A DNA stretch of 63,992 nucleotides, counting the filler, from Basidioascus undulatus (Eukaryota): assembly GCA_000826855.1 (NCBI GenBank). It is 4 parts of 4 records of this genome, joined end to end, with 100 filler letters (N's around TTAATTAATTAA, not from the genome) between each part and the next. Parts side by side here need not be neighbours in the genome. Positions count along the whole stretch, not along the records: positions 32,129 to 48,086 come from JTLS01000615.1; 3 more parts are not named here. One strand, 5' to 3'. The position numbers were made by a program, and so were the translations under genes. The notes beneath the pieces were generated by a model, which had not been told where the DNA came from, did not search any database, and saw nothing but the letters and a program-made list of their open reading frames with translations. Positions 34,118 through 47,162 of this stretch are shown one piece after another (positions within the stretch are counted from its first letter, which is position 1; each line of letters opens with the position of its first letter).

Positions 34118-34631
34118 TTTGAAGGGAGTGTGGGTTAGGAGAAAGCACTGGCGAGAGAAACACAGCCTAGATCTTCTTCGTTGAGAGGAATCCTGCGAAC
34201 CTTTATAGCTGTGTCCTTCACAATAGAGCCATATTGCCGCAATGGAGAACACCCCCCCCCTCCTCATCAAGACCTCATATGCATTCATGTAGCAGAGAGC
34301 CGCGCGGATGCGTGCACCGTGCTTGATATGAGCGGAGGTGCAGCGTGCCTGAGGAGGCAGCCCCGTCGATACTTTTCGAGGCGCCTCGTGTCCCCTCTGT
34401 CGGCCCATGCCTCATCAACCGGTTAATTGTCCAAATGAATTGAAATGCCGGTCATTTGGATGATTAATTACTCGAAACCGGCCACCGACGCGACAGGTGT
34501 CGCATCGGAAGATCTACAAAGAACATACGCACGCGCACAAACGCGAAAAGGCCAGAATCAAGCAAGTCCACTATCGTATCTCTAGAGTCGTAAACACATC
34601 AACCCATCGTCTACAACCAGTCCCAACCCCT

Positions 34632-37600
34632 TCAGCGGTTCCTCCCGATGGCCTTGGCCTGCGCAACCTCCGGCAGCGACCGCTCGCCCTTCTTCGCGGG
34701 CTTGTCCAAGAACCCAGCCGCGATGAGCCACGCGAGGTAGAGCCCTAGCAAGTCCCCATCGACGGTCGCTCTCGTCTGCTCCTTCGCAGCCTCGAGCACG
34801 GCGCGCGTGTTCGCGTCGTCGAGCTCGGCCGACTTGGTGCTCGTCGGCAGGTCGTCGAGGACAAAGTGGAGGAGCGGGAAGAGGGCGTTGTCCTGCGCGT
34901 CGAGGACGTGCTGCTCGAGCTTGGACCGCCAGACGAGGTACTCGACGGACGAGACCTCGTAGCCGAATGAGGGCAGCGAGCCGAGCAGGTCCGTGAACCG
35001 CACGGGCGGGCGAGCGGTAACGTGCAGGACGGGCAGCGGCTGCGAGGGCGAAAGCGACAGGGCAGAGAGCGCCGTGATGCGCGCGACGTGGTCTACGGGC
35101 ACCATGTTGATCGTGTTGTGAATGTCGGGGACGAGGCCGAGCTGAATGCAGCCCTTGACGAGACGCCAGATGAAGTCGTCCGTGTTGGTCACTGTAAACA
35201 TCCATCCTGTCAGCACACGCCACCAGAAGCTAGCAACTGACTGCAGAACGCACCGGCCGACTTCGAGTCACCGACAACGTAGCCGGGGCGGACGATAGCG
35301 CCGCGCAGGCCGCGCTTGCCAGCCTCCATGATGAGCTTCTCCGAGACCCACTTGCTCTGGCCGTAGCCGGAGCCGAGGCCGGTGCGCGAGCCCTCGAGGT
35401 CGTCGGACTCGGGCACGCCGGCCTCGCCCTTCTGCGCGAGCGCGTCCGACAGGCGGACGTAGTACTCGGTGTCGAGTGCGGACGTCGAGGAGACGAACGA
35501 GAACGCCTTGGGCTTCCCGGCCGCGGCGAGCTCTATGGCGGTCAGCGTCGAGAGGACGTTGGCGCGGCGGAGCTTGGCGTAGGGGTAGACCCAGTGGACC
35601 TGAAAATAACACTGTGAGCGACGAAGAGCGAAGAAGACGGCAAGAAGAAGAAAAAACGCACGAGGGCACCGTTGTGGATGATCGTGTCCGCGTCCTTGGT
35701 GATGCGTTCCCACTCTGCGTCCTTGAGGCCGAACCGCTCCAGGTCGAGATCACCAGCGACGGCCTCAAGCCTTCCCTCCTCGACCCAAGCCTCGTCCCAG
35801 GCCTGGCGACCCTCACCGGAGTCGCGCAGACGCTGCAGTGCCTTGTCCGCATCGGCGGCACGGACGAGACAGATGACCTTGGCGACGCGGTCCTTGCGGA
35901 ACGCGAGGAGGTCGTTGAGGACGAACGCGCCGAGGAAGCCGGTCGCGCCCGTGAGGAAGACGGTGAGGGGCTTGGTGGAGAAGTCCTCCGGCGGGGCGGC
36001 GTACGACTTGGCCAGACGCGGCAAGAGGACGTCGACGTCCTTGCCGTACTCCTCCTCGGTCACGACGGCGGGCGTCGCGCCGTTCGCCTTCGGCTCCTCA
36101 GCAGGCTGGAGACCGAGGTCGCTGGAGCGGAGGTGCTCGACCTCGGCTGCGAGGCCGCGGATGGTCGGCTGGTCGAAGACGAGGCCGAGCGGGGCATTGA
36201 CGACGAACGCCTTGCGGATTTCGAAGATGAGGCGGGTCGCGAGGATCGAGTGGCCGCCGAGGTCGAAGAAGTTCTCGTCGACAGGGATCGACTGCGGGGC
36301 GGATGACAGGAGGCGCTGCCAGATGTCGTGGATGGTCTGCTCGATCGGGGAGAGAGCTGGCTGCGGCTTGTTGGACGACACGCGCGGGGCGGCGAGCGCG
36401 GTGTCCGGGAAGGGAAGCGCTGGCTTGTCGATTTTGCCGTTGGGATTGAGTGGCATACGGGTGAGCGGGATGAAGACTTGTGAACGCGGGTTTCATCAGC
36501 CTCGGCGGTTGAACGTGCACGTGCGACTTGGAGTTTGAAGACGTACTGGACGGGACCGAGTAGGTGGGGAGCTTTTTCTTGAGGTGCTCGCGCATGTCCT
36601 TGATAAGCTTGCGGTAGCGCTTGAGGCCCTTCGCGATCTCTCTTGCGGGGCCCTGCGCGCGCTCAGCGTCGTCCTCTTCCGCCTCCTCGCCGCTCTCGCT
36701 GACGAAGCCCTCGAGCCCTGCGCCCTGGACCGGCACAAAGTAGCTGACAAGCACCTTCTCCTCGTCCTTGTCGCGCCTGACGAGCGTGACGTTCTCGCGG
36801 ACGAGCGGGTGTGCGGAGAGGTGCGTGTCGATCTCGCCGAGCTCGATGCGGAACCCGCGGATCTTGACCTGGTCATCCGCGCGGCCCGTGCACTCGACCT
36901 GGCCATCGGGCCCGTACCGGCCCAGGTCGCCCGTGCGGTACATGCGGTCGCGCACGCCGAGCCAGTACGGCGCGTAGGGGGGCGGGGCAGACCCGCCCGC
37001 GGGGCGCGCGATCGCGTCCGCGCGCTCGACGCCCTCGCCAAACCAGTTGCTCACGAACTTCTCCTTCGTCGCCACCGGGTCGAGGTAGCCCTCGGCGAGG
37101 CCGCCCGAGCGGACGTAGATCTCGCCGACCTCGCCGACGGCGCAGAGGACGTTGCGGTCCGTCCGGTTGACGACGAGGAGCTGGACGTCGATCATCCCCG
37201 CGCCGGCGGGCATAATGTGCTTTTGGTTGCCGAGGAACGTCGACTCCTCCGCGACGGGCGGGATCGCGAAGTAGGAGACGGCACGCTGCGTCTCGGTCGT
37301 GCCGTACATGTTGTTGATCCGCACGTTCTGCGCGAGCGACTGCAAGCGGTGGCAGTCGCGCTTGGTGAGGACGTCGCCGACGAAGAAGGCGTTGCGGAGC
37401 GTGGTAATCTGACGAGTCGCCTGAGCAGAAAGAAGCTGACCCATGGCTGCGAAGCGAAGGGTGTCAGTCAGGCATAAAGATGTACAGGTCGGCATACGCA
37501 CCAGGAGTAAGGTGGGTGACCGTCACCTCGCTGTCTGCCATCCATTCAGCCAGACGACCGGGCGTGCCGATGTCGTCCGCAGTCGGGACGTGCAGCTCGG

Positions 37601-39226
37601 CGCCGAGGAAGAGAGGGGTGAAGACTGCCCAATAGAACTGCAAGTCAGCAAATTGCGCCTGAAAGGTAACACTAGAAACACACTCACTGTCGCGCTGGAT
37701 CGGGTCGTGAGCAATACCGCTGAGCATGGTGAACTTCTCCTTCTCGGTGAGGCCGAAGCGCTCGCTCATCCACGGGAAGAAGTGGGTCAAGCTGTAGTGC
37801 CTGCCCTTGACGCCCTTGGGGATGCCGGTCGAGCCAGACGTGAAGGAGAGCGTGCCGACGCTGTCTGGGCCGAGGACAACGCCCGGGTGCTGCGCCTTGA
37901 GCGTCTGCGCCTCGGCGAGCACGTCCGGCGCGCCGCCGCCGACGAGCCCATCGGGCAGCAGCTTGAGCGCGGGCACCTCGAGGCGCAGGTCCAGCTCCGA
38001 GTCGATGAAGGAGCGGACGTTCGGGGAGAGCGTGCCGGCGCGGGCGAGGACGACGAGCGCACGCGGACGCGCGACCTGCAGGTAGACGGTCTGGCGGGTA
38101 GGCGGGTAGGCGGGGTCTGCAGGGCAGGGCATGAGCTGCATCTAAGAGGAAGGTCCGAGGAAGCATGCGCACCGATGACAGAGAAGGTCGCGCCAGCCTT
38201 CAAGACACCCATGACAGCGACGACCAAGTCCACCCCGCGGAACGCGTACACCATGACGACCTCCTCGCGCTGGACGCCGCCCTTGATAAGATGGTGCGCC
38301 AGAACGTTGCTCGCCTCGTCGATCTGCTGGTACGTCCAGACGCGCTTGCCCTCGCCGCTCTCCAGACTCTCGACAATGCAAGCGCGCTCGGGGTGCTTGC
38401 GGGCGTTCGAGGAGAAGATGTCGGTAATGGCACCCTTGTACCCCGTCCAGTCGAGGTCGTCGCGCGGGTTCGGGAGGACTGCACGCTGGCTGTCGGTGAG
38501 GAGCGGCAGGGCGCCGACAGAGGCAGGGGAGGGGCCAGCGACCAGAGTGAGGAGGTGCGCGAGCTGCTCGGAGAGGAAGGCGATGCGCTGGGCGGAGAAG
38601 AGGAGGGCGTTGTAGGCGATGCGCAGCTCGAGGCTCGGCACGAGCGAGGAGCGGGCGGCGGTCGGGGCGGAGGTCACGAAGACGGTGAGGTCTGTGGTGA
38701 GGGACGTGGAGCGCAGGAACTCAGGCGCGGGGTTGTCCGTCTCGTCAAAGAAGCGGACGCGGAAGAGGGGCGCGTTCGCCTGCCCCTGCTCGGCCGAGCC
38801 GCTCTTGGCGAGGTGCGCTACGAGCTCCTCGAAGGGCACGACGTCCTCCTGCGCCTCCGCCTCGACGGCCTGCACGCACTTGACGAGGTTCGCAAAGGAC
38901 TCCTCGGGCGCCATGTCGATCTTGAGCACGAGCGGGTCGCCGGCCTTGGCGCTGCTCGAGCCGACGATGAGCGTCGTGTCGCCCGTGTAGCGGTGGAGGA
39001 GGACGGTGAATGCCGCGAGGAGGAGGTGGTACGGCGATGCCGTCGGGTGGGCGAGCGCGAGCTGGACGAGGGCGAGGGAGGCCGCGGAGGGGAGCGAGGA
39101 AGAGTGCACGGCCTCGACCAGCTTGGCTGCTTGCGGGCGCGGGTAGTCCGTGGGCAGCGCGAGCGACGGGAGGGAAGAGAGACGCTGCGCCCAGCGGCTG
39201 AGCCGCGCGGGGGAGTTGGACGACAT
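34632..39226 (-). CDS. LYS2: Alpha-aminoadipate reductase (NRPS-like A-T-R enzyme of fungal lysine biosynthesis)
   Basis: [77 protein letters not shown] (Ppant Ser), [11 protein letters not shown] and GYGQSKW. Confidence 0.97.
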
Positions 39227-39879
39227 GATGGTCGGGGTGGAAGAAGAGGGACTGCAAGAGGCACAGGGATGAGTGAGCATGCCAGTCGTGTGCCGCCAAA
39301 TGCCTCATCCACCTCCGCACCGGGGAAGTCCAAAATGATACCAGAATGAGTGTACTTTTACTCACAGCTTCTAATTCTTGCTATTCCAACAGCCAAGCGA
39401 GCGTCTAGGACCTATTCGCCATCTCCGGTCAGCAGCTCGTGCAAGCGAGAAGACCGGCAGGACCCGGCGCACCAAGAAGTCTGAGCAGCTCAAGGAATGT
39501 CAGAAGACGTTCATAAGTTCCAGATATTACGCGGCGGTACTCACTGGTACAACAAAGAATGCCGCGCCGATGGCGAGTAGGGCAGGCGCAACGACGAGCA
39601 GAGGGGGTTGGTTGATGGAGTCAGAGGCAAAGAGCGTGAGAGCGACTTTCTCGGCAACATCGGTCCGACTCGGGCTGTCCCGGCCGAAAGATCAGCGAGC
39701 GACAGTGACATGTTTGACAGTCCTTCCTGAAAGTTTCTGCCTTGTACTGCATATTCGCTGATTTCTGGGCAGAATCAGTACATTCTATTTCATTCACGGC
39801 CATCCAGTGGTAGTCTTGTGAGTAAGGACTGTGCTGCTGCATGAACACAGGGTGCAACCCACATTCTGCCATCACTTCT

Positions 39880-39911
39880 GCCGACGCCTTAGACCACTCG
39901 GCCATCTCGCT
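39880..39911 (-). pseudogene. Isolated 5' half of a tRNA-Leu-like gene
   Basis: AGCGAGA-TG-GCC-GAGTGGTCTAA-GGC-G-TCGGC gives the acceptor 5' strand, a Leu-type D arm/A box and the anticodon 5' stem. No canonical anticodon arm or GTTCGA B box follows. Confidence 0.6.
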
Positions 39912-41890
39912 CATGGAATTTTGTTCTGAAGCATCCAAAAAATAATTAACATTAAGAGCGAGGAAGAACGAAGGCGGGGGGCGAAACGGCGATGAGATCC
40001 GGCTGAAAGCACGCTGCGAGAGTGAGTAGGTCAAGCACTCAACACCCGCCACAGTCACGGAACAGTGTATAAATTCTCATTCTATTGTGTAGAGAGAACA
40101 GATTGACAGGCCCGAATAACCTGCCGGGTTTGTGAAGTGCTTACAGCGTGTGCAATGCTGATGCTAAGCGGATCCCAAAGAGTGTGATCGTAGAGATTGA
40201 GTCCTGGAAATCAAGTGAATGTTTCTTCGAAAATATAACCCAAAGGTGTCCCCGAGCAAGTGCGAGAAAGAACGAAGGCAAGCAGACCACACGGCGAGAA
40301 GGGGCAGCGGTACAAGTCGTGTAGTTGGCGGTCTGCATGGGTGGTGGCGCGTGACTGTGGTAGGAGATCCCTGTGGTAATTTCCGAAGATTTTGGTCTTT
40401 ACTGTGGCCCTTTTTTATATGGCATGGACGTAAGCGAACGCCAGAGGGGGAGCTGGAGGCAGGGTGACAGAGCCTGTGATGTGGGCTCAGGCAGCTTGGG
40501 GGATGTGTCCGCTGGAGACACGCCTTCAAAGCTGTATGAGATATAAGAGGGCTATTTGAGGCTGTAGTTCAGCCTCACTAACATGTACAGCCCATCGAAA
40601 TGAACGGGCGGTGGCTATTGGACGGACTGCATAACTCGACACCGCCGGGAGACCTCGAGTTTATGTGGTCCAGATATCGGACTCTCGAGTGTAAATTGGT
40701 ATCTACAAGGTATATATGTAGGTGAAATTATACATGAGGGTTGGCTTTACTTCTTCACACTAGGCGCAGAGGCGAACAAGATGGGCAGCCTTGGGCAGCC
40801 CACTCTCCTGGTGACATTGCTCTTTAGGTAATGCACTGCGGATAGCAACAAATGACCATGAACCGAGTTTTAAGGGGAACATGTGCTGTATTACACTGTT
40901 GGACAACTTGCCTACCCGAGGTGGACCCGGCAGAAGTGGGTGGGATGCCTATCGAAGTGTCGAACAGACACGAGAGACTGAATGCCCGTTTTGCTGGAAC
41001 ATCAATCGGACCTTCTAAACCATCATCGGAAAAATTATGATCACCAAACGACCTCTTTCTTGAAAGACTTTGGGATAAGTCAGATTGAGGTAGCCGTGCA
41101 AGCGAACTTGACGAGACAAAGAGCTTGTTGCGCACCTGCATGCCCTCTTGGCTTTGAAGTCTTGCAGGCGTAACGCACTTACCGTTAGTAACAGTCTGGT
41201 AGATGGGCATTTTCAAAAATGCGGCCTTCTCAAGGGGACATCTGAAAGCGTCGTCGACTGCATTAACTTCGAGGCCCCTTCACACCGCGCCATGTCTAAA
41301 GCGTGTTGAATACCTCAGAGTCTCTCTGAAGAGGTCTAATTAACTAAGGATATATCTTGATCTGTTTAACCTAGAAGTATAAGCTGCTACAGCGACCTAC
41401 GGACTGCCTCTGCACAGAAGACAGTTGATGTATGCATGCCGAATGTGCACGCCGCGTAGCTTCTCAGCATAAACTTCGCAACGGGCAAGAAATTAAGGCC
41501 AGCTCAGAAACACAAATTCATGTGTACATTTCCAGAGATCCATTCAGCCAACTTCACTGCTTCAGGAAGACGGCAGACCACTCAGAGCAGCCGTGCACAG
41601 ACCCGTGTTTCCGAGTGACCATGGCTGGACGATCGACGTCGCAAGGCGAGGTTATCGAAGGTGGACCTCAGCCGATCCTAGAGCGTCCTTCCTTCACGTG
41701 TGCGTTAGCTGAGGGGCCATCATGATTTCCGCAGACCAAGGCAGACACGCCTGCCGAGGCTAGCTCGGTGAAGACGTGCAGCCCAAGCCCCTATCTGCTT
41801 TTATGGTCGTCTTCCTCAAACCACTGCCCTTTACCGCGCCTTTCTTGGTCTGACCTCTTCTTACACCACTTCTCTATTCAAACACTGAGT

Positions 41891-43475
41891 ATGACCGTCG
41901 TCGATACTGTCTTCGATCATCTCGGGGACGCATACGACTACGCCACCCAGCTCAAGTTCCTCCCATCCTCCGTCTTCCTCAGCGAGCCGCTCGAGACGCT
42001 CGTGAAGCGTTATGCTCCTCAGCTTCGATTCCAGTGCAGCTCATCGATCGAAGCCCTACAGTTTAGACCCGCATTGCTGACGAAATCCTTCGCAGTCCCG
42101 ACGAGCTCTACTGGCCTGACAAGTGCGTCGGACAGCATCTTCGTCGTACAAGTATCTTCTTCCGATGACTTCGTCTTGCCAGTATCGACCACCTCCTCGC
42201 CCACGTCCGCATCGCGGGCCCAGGCGGGGTCGAGATTTCCAACCATCCCGAGCTGCTGACGCGTAAAAACCTCGCGTTGGCTGCACCCAACCGCGGCGAA
42301 AACACCTTCCTCACGGTGAAGGGCCTGGGCAAGCCGGTTCCGGACAAGAAGACCAGAAAGCTTCCACCGGGCTTCGAGGTCCTTTACGGCTCCGACCCCA
42401 CCTGCTCGTCTGTCCGACAAATGTATCCCATCATCGTTGACCGCGGTGGCGGGACTATCGACATCGCGAGTCTTTCCCTTCAGCTTCGACGCTTCTGACT
42501 CGCTGAATTCCTAGAGCTCTGCAGTATTACTGGATCTGGTGGCCCTACAATTTCGGGAAACTGTTCCCCATCCCCGACGTCGGTACCGTTGGGAATCATG
42601 TGGGTGACTGGGGTGAGTGTTTCCTCTACGGGTCTCTCACAGGCTCGTTCAGACCGCGATGCTGACGCTGACTGTAGAGCGAATCCGAGTACGTTTGGTG
42701 AGGGGCGAGCCTGAGAGCGTGAACTTCTACGCACGTATGTTGAGAAAGCATTTTTGCTACACAGATCAGACCTGACTAAACGTCTCTTTGAGGTGACTGC
42801 AGATAGCGGCGAAGGCGAGGGCCTGCTCAAGTGGAACGACTCCCGCATGCGTAAGGTGGACAACACACATCCCGTCGTCTACATCGCTTTGGGTGAGTTC
42901 AAAGTAGCGGAGCAAATCTGTCTCATAAACTAACTGTTGTTGGGGACGCTGCAGGCAGCCACGGAACCTGGCCGACGCCTGGCGACCATGTATGCCACCG
43001 TCAGGTCTATCTCATCCCTCGAGAAACTAACAGTCCTCAACGAGCCCACACAGGTCTATGTGAATGTAAGTGAATCCAGCGCATCTCCTCGTCTCACTGC
43101 GTGATGACCTCTTCCTCTGCACCTCCCTGATCTACTGCGGTCTTCGCCCAGGTTCTCAACCTTTATAAACTCACCGACCGGACATCGGATGACGGCCACC
43201 ACTGGAGTACGTCGGAAGGAGAAGAGGGAACACTCCAGCCGGTAGTGTACCATAAGGATGGCAACTACAAGGGCCCGGCTGCTTGGCTGGGATACCGAGG
43301 GAAGTGGGGGAACGAGGGAGATGACAGTTGTCTCTGGCACGCAATCGTCCCAGAATGCGGGGTGCGTTTTTTCCTCGAACCTCTTGCTAGCCCCTCCATT
43401 CTGAGAGTTGTACCCGTTGGCTTACTCTTCGTTGGCGGTTCGGCAGCTGAGCGGTGGGCCGTCAACGCCCAGTGA
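41891..43475 (+). CDS. Vps62/DUF946-like protein, multi-exon; 3' end uncertain, possibly an internal deletion
   Basis: KRYAPQLRF..PDELYWP, YYWIWWPYNFGK, GNHVGDWE, HPVVYIALGSHGTW and WLGYRGKWGN. Confidence 0.8.
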
Positions 43476-43595
43476 GCAGATTGAGGAAAAGTAGACCAGT
43501 CTAAGCGCGCATGCAATCATTGCGTTCTAAGATTGTTCAAGTAGCCCACGTGAAGCGGTCAACAAACCATTAACGTCTACCCTAAGAGGGAGTCT

Positions 43596-44502
43596 TTACA
43601 CGCTACCCATCCTCTTGCACAACTTGTCCACCTCTGCCTTTTCCTTCTCGAGCGCCGCCTCCCACTCCTGGATCCCCAGCTCGTCCTTCGCAAGCCCTTG
43701 CTGGAAATCGCACAGTCTGACGTTCGTCGACTCGGACCCGTCATAGGTCCTCTTGAAGAGCTCCGCGACGGCTCCGTGAACGACGCCAGCGCACCAGAGC
43801 TTGTCGTACGCGATGCGGACGGCATGCTGCGTGTCTGCCGACCAGCGCGTGAGTCGCGGCTTGCCGTCGTAGGTCGTGAAGAGAGGCCGACACAGCTCCG
43901 ACTTCTTCGTCGCGTGCCTGGCGGAGGCGGGGTTGTGCCGAAGCCCGAGAGCAGCATTCGTCGGCGGTGTCCGCATGGTCAACGAGGTGCTTGTAAACGT
44001 TGCCGGAAGTGAGCAGGAGCGACGGCGGGAAGTTGAAGAATTGGACGACGTGACCCGAGTGCGTCACGACAAGCTCGCTACTGCTCAGAAGGGGGTCGGG
44101 ATGAGCCGTGTTGGCGTCGATCAAGCTTTCGCGGACGACGGGCAAGCCTGGGGTTATATCGCTGCTTGCGACGTAAGTTAAACGGCCGTCGTCTCGGACT
44201 GAGGCGCGGGGAAGAAGGTCCGGGGCAGGAAGGGAAGACGCTTCTTGTAACCTGGAGGGTATAAACGTCAGCCAAAATGCCGTGAGAGTGAAGAGACATG
44301 CGTACCGGCAACCATCTAGAGATCAAGCCAAGCGACGGTCTCATACACTTCGGGCAGCGACAATGGCTCTGCTGGCGTGGCATCCGACCGGCTCGCGGAG
44401 GAAGACGCCGCGGCCTTCTGTTTTTATGGCGGGCGCCGCGGTGGGCGCCGCCTTCTGCGTGGAAGCGCTGGCTGCGGCAGGCGCCCTTTTGCGGGGCGGC
44501 AT
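43596..44502 (-). pseudogene. Degenerate kinase-fold-like gene, probably frameshifted
   Basis: The C-terminal ORF AYDKLWCAGVVHGAVA..NVRLCDFQ resembles HGD/DFG segments with the catalytic residues changed. The upstream coding-like frame differs (shift near 43950). Confidence 0.35.
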
Positions 44503-45949
44503 GTTGGAAGACTGGCGAGAGGAGAGATGGACGGGATGAACGACAGGAGGCAAAAGAAGACCGGAAGGGCCGACCGTGACGGTACAACGCGTCGCGTGCT
44601 GGCATAGAAAAAATCTGTCAATTACCCAGTTATCTACGGGTTTCCCATACCTTTGGCATCATCTCGGATGTGGAAAAAGACGCCGTGTTGATATTCATAT
44701 ATTTAAAACCCCGTCGTCTTGATCATCCAAAGCAACTGAGTAGAAAGCGACAGCGTGGGTGCCATGTAAGAAACTCGAGTTTGCCAGGCAGGAGGTTCAC
44801 CTTCGGTAAGACTACATAGGTGTTCGACGTTTGGAACAATAAGGTGCAACGTTTACAATAAGGTGCAACGTTTATTCTTCCATTCCCCTGAATTTATCAG
44901 TTCCAGCAGGTCTGTGTTTCCAGATTGCCATTCAGCCGTTAGTGTAGGTCTGCGCTCTTGCCGTGCCATCTTCCTACACGTCCACCCTGACTAGGGCGCC
45001 AACACTTTCTAGACTTGAAGGTAATACCGTGTCCAGGAGGTGAGATCATTCTCACGCATGATACTTGTCAAGCGACAAGTTGTTGGTGGCATGCTGTGAA
45101 GTTTCGCTTTGGCAGTCATGCAGTGGAATCTCTTCAGTTTGAGAATCTGGGACTGTCGTCTCGAGAATATTTAAAGACTCAATTGGAACGGTTGGGAACT
45201 ACCGCCCTGTTAGCAAAAGGAGGCGTCGAGCAAGGCGCATGCCAGCGACTGTGATTGGCGCTCGATCTCTCCAGGACTTCTGCTGCATGGTTCCACTGCA
45301 CATGATCACCGTCAGACGTTTTCTCTCCCCTTAACCGGAATTCTGACCATGTAACTCCGCCAAATTTGCCATTCAATCCCAGGCCCGGGCGTAAGTACAG
45401 GCCTGAACACAAGCACTTTCGACGTCCCTTCTGCTCTCCTCTTTCTTCTCTGCCATAACCCCTCTCCATTTGGCCAACCACGCTGTCTATCAGGAGCAAG
45501 ACTTACTCAGGATTAAAATCGTTCTTGGTTCCGGGGACTCATGGCGACGCTGATGCCTCCCGATGCTCCTCGTCGAGCTCACGATATCCAATCTGTTTAC
45601 CTCCGTGCTTCTAGCTTACCAGGAGAGAACAATGAAAAGGTCCCGCTCAAATTTATCAATTTCCCATAGGAAGACACCTGACAAATTGGTGGCAGTGAAG
45701 GGGATTCCGACTGCAGAAGGGGCAGCTTCCACTTCTTGGCAATGTCAGTGCTTGTTGGCTCATATGTTGTTTTCGCCTCAGAGATTGCTCTTGTTGAGGA
45801 AGATATAAAGTGTCCTCCAAGCAATGAGATTCCCTTTTTATTTATTTATCTCACGATCTATGGGCGCGGCGCCTTTCTTCCAGCAAGACTGGTTCCAACA
45901 CGAAGCAGCTCTCAAGCTTACTCTTCTCTCTTATCATCTACTTGCAGCC

Positions 45950-46500
45950 ATGAGGCTCACTCTCCTGCTCCTGGCGACAGCGTTCTTCGCTACCACACCC
46001 GCTCAAACTGGGATTAGCGGTCCTCTAAGCCAGCCACACCCTGTTCATCTTCAACGAGGAACATTATTCCCTCTCCTGCCTTTGGCATACATGGCGCTTC
46101 AGGCCGGTCGAACTTGGCTTGGTTCAAATATTCTTCCTGTCGTGTCAGTTTCCATCTATATTTATTTCACAGTCTTTGCTCGACCTCTGGAAATTATTAC
46201 GGGCTCAACGGACCGACCAGATTAATGATCTCGCGGTCTTTGGGCCGAACTTTGGGACTCCCACCGCGAGCGACGTCGAGGAGTACGAGCAAGCTGCCCA
46301 GATCGCAAAGATCGCGGACGAGGCCGCTGTATAAAGTGGGGGTATGTAAGTCATCCTTTACCATGTCTTGATCCCCATGTCTTTTTGACACTGACTGGCT
46401 GACTGCAACCCTTTTCTTGCAGCTCTCGGACGCACCTCCCCATTGCCTTTTCCGTTATTTCATATCTCCCTTATTTAATTTTTCTAATAGGTCGCAGAGT
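45950..46500 (+). CDS. Possible small secreted protein, multi-exon
   Basis: Signal-peptide-like start MRLTLLLLATAFFATTPA and a later coding-like exon (INDLAVFGPNFGTPTASDVEEYEQAAQ). Exon structure not resolved. Confidence 0.3.
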
Positions 46501-47162
46501 TCGTGAGAGACGATTACGTCCTTCAAGTCGAAGACGCAATGAGGTGCTACTGCATCTGTGAAATGTACCTTGAATGCATTTCGATGTCACCACGATCAAC
46601 GGTCTAATCTTCGTTGGCTGTTGATCACATTTATGGGCACTCCTTAAGAAACATTCCAGATAAAATTCAACTGTCGCGGCCACCTAGTCTCTGCGCCAGA
46701 GCGTGCACCACTGTGTTTTGGCAGTGGCGAAGTCCGATGAAAGCAGATACCTGGATGTTCAAGGGGGAACTCAGGATCGAGTTCCGCTGGAGGTCAACAA
46801 CAGGAGCCACCGATTGTAGCATGTGGTTAAAAAAGCATTCAAGACGTTTGCAGGACCGAGAGGGAGTGCTTGGCGAATTTAAGGGCTGGTAGATGCAGGG
46901 GTGTGAAGGGGGCCATCATGTCGTAGGGTGGCTTCATGCGCTTCGTCACCTTGCCACTATTTGTTCCGCCATGTATTTTAGGAACTGCTCTTGTTTTCAC
47001 CTCGAATATGTGTTATTCTCCCTGGAGAGGTACAAGTCGACACCTCGCCAACCTTGTCTATATTTCTTCACGTCTTTAAGTTGCGGCCGCCTTTCTTCTT
47101 CCCGAAAGACGTCCTCGCACGACACATCACTCCCTCATCTCCAATAAAACCGACAAATCACA

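Noticed and set aside
34632..39226. Secondary-metabolite NRPS cluster
   Set aside because: The A-T-R protein has Lys2-specific motifs ([17 protein letters not shown]) and no tailoring genes nearby, so it is primary lysine metabolism.
35476..39349. Long + strand ORFs antisense to LYS2, and similar ones opposite RanGAP and HECT
   Set aside because: These are shadow ORFs expected from high GC3 codon usage and have no recognisable motifs.
39618..39623. TGACTC (Gcn4/CpcA-like) site upstream of LYS2
   Set aside because: A single hexamer is expected by chance, and there are no conservation data.
40014..40041. Possible permuted 3' tRNA half (CTCAC-TCTCGCA on the minus strand) able to pair with the orphan 5' half
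   Set aside because: There is no TTCRA T loop, and a 6-bp complement is likely chance.
40824..41216. 130-aa minus-strand ORF
   Set aside because: No motif, no GC3 bias and no supporting exon structure.
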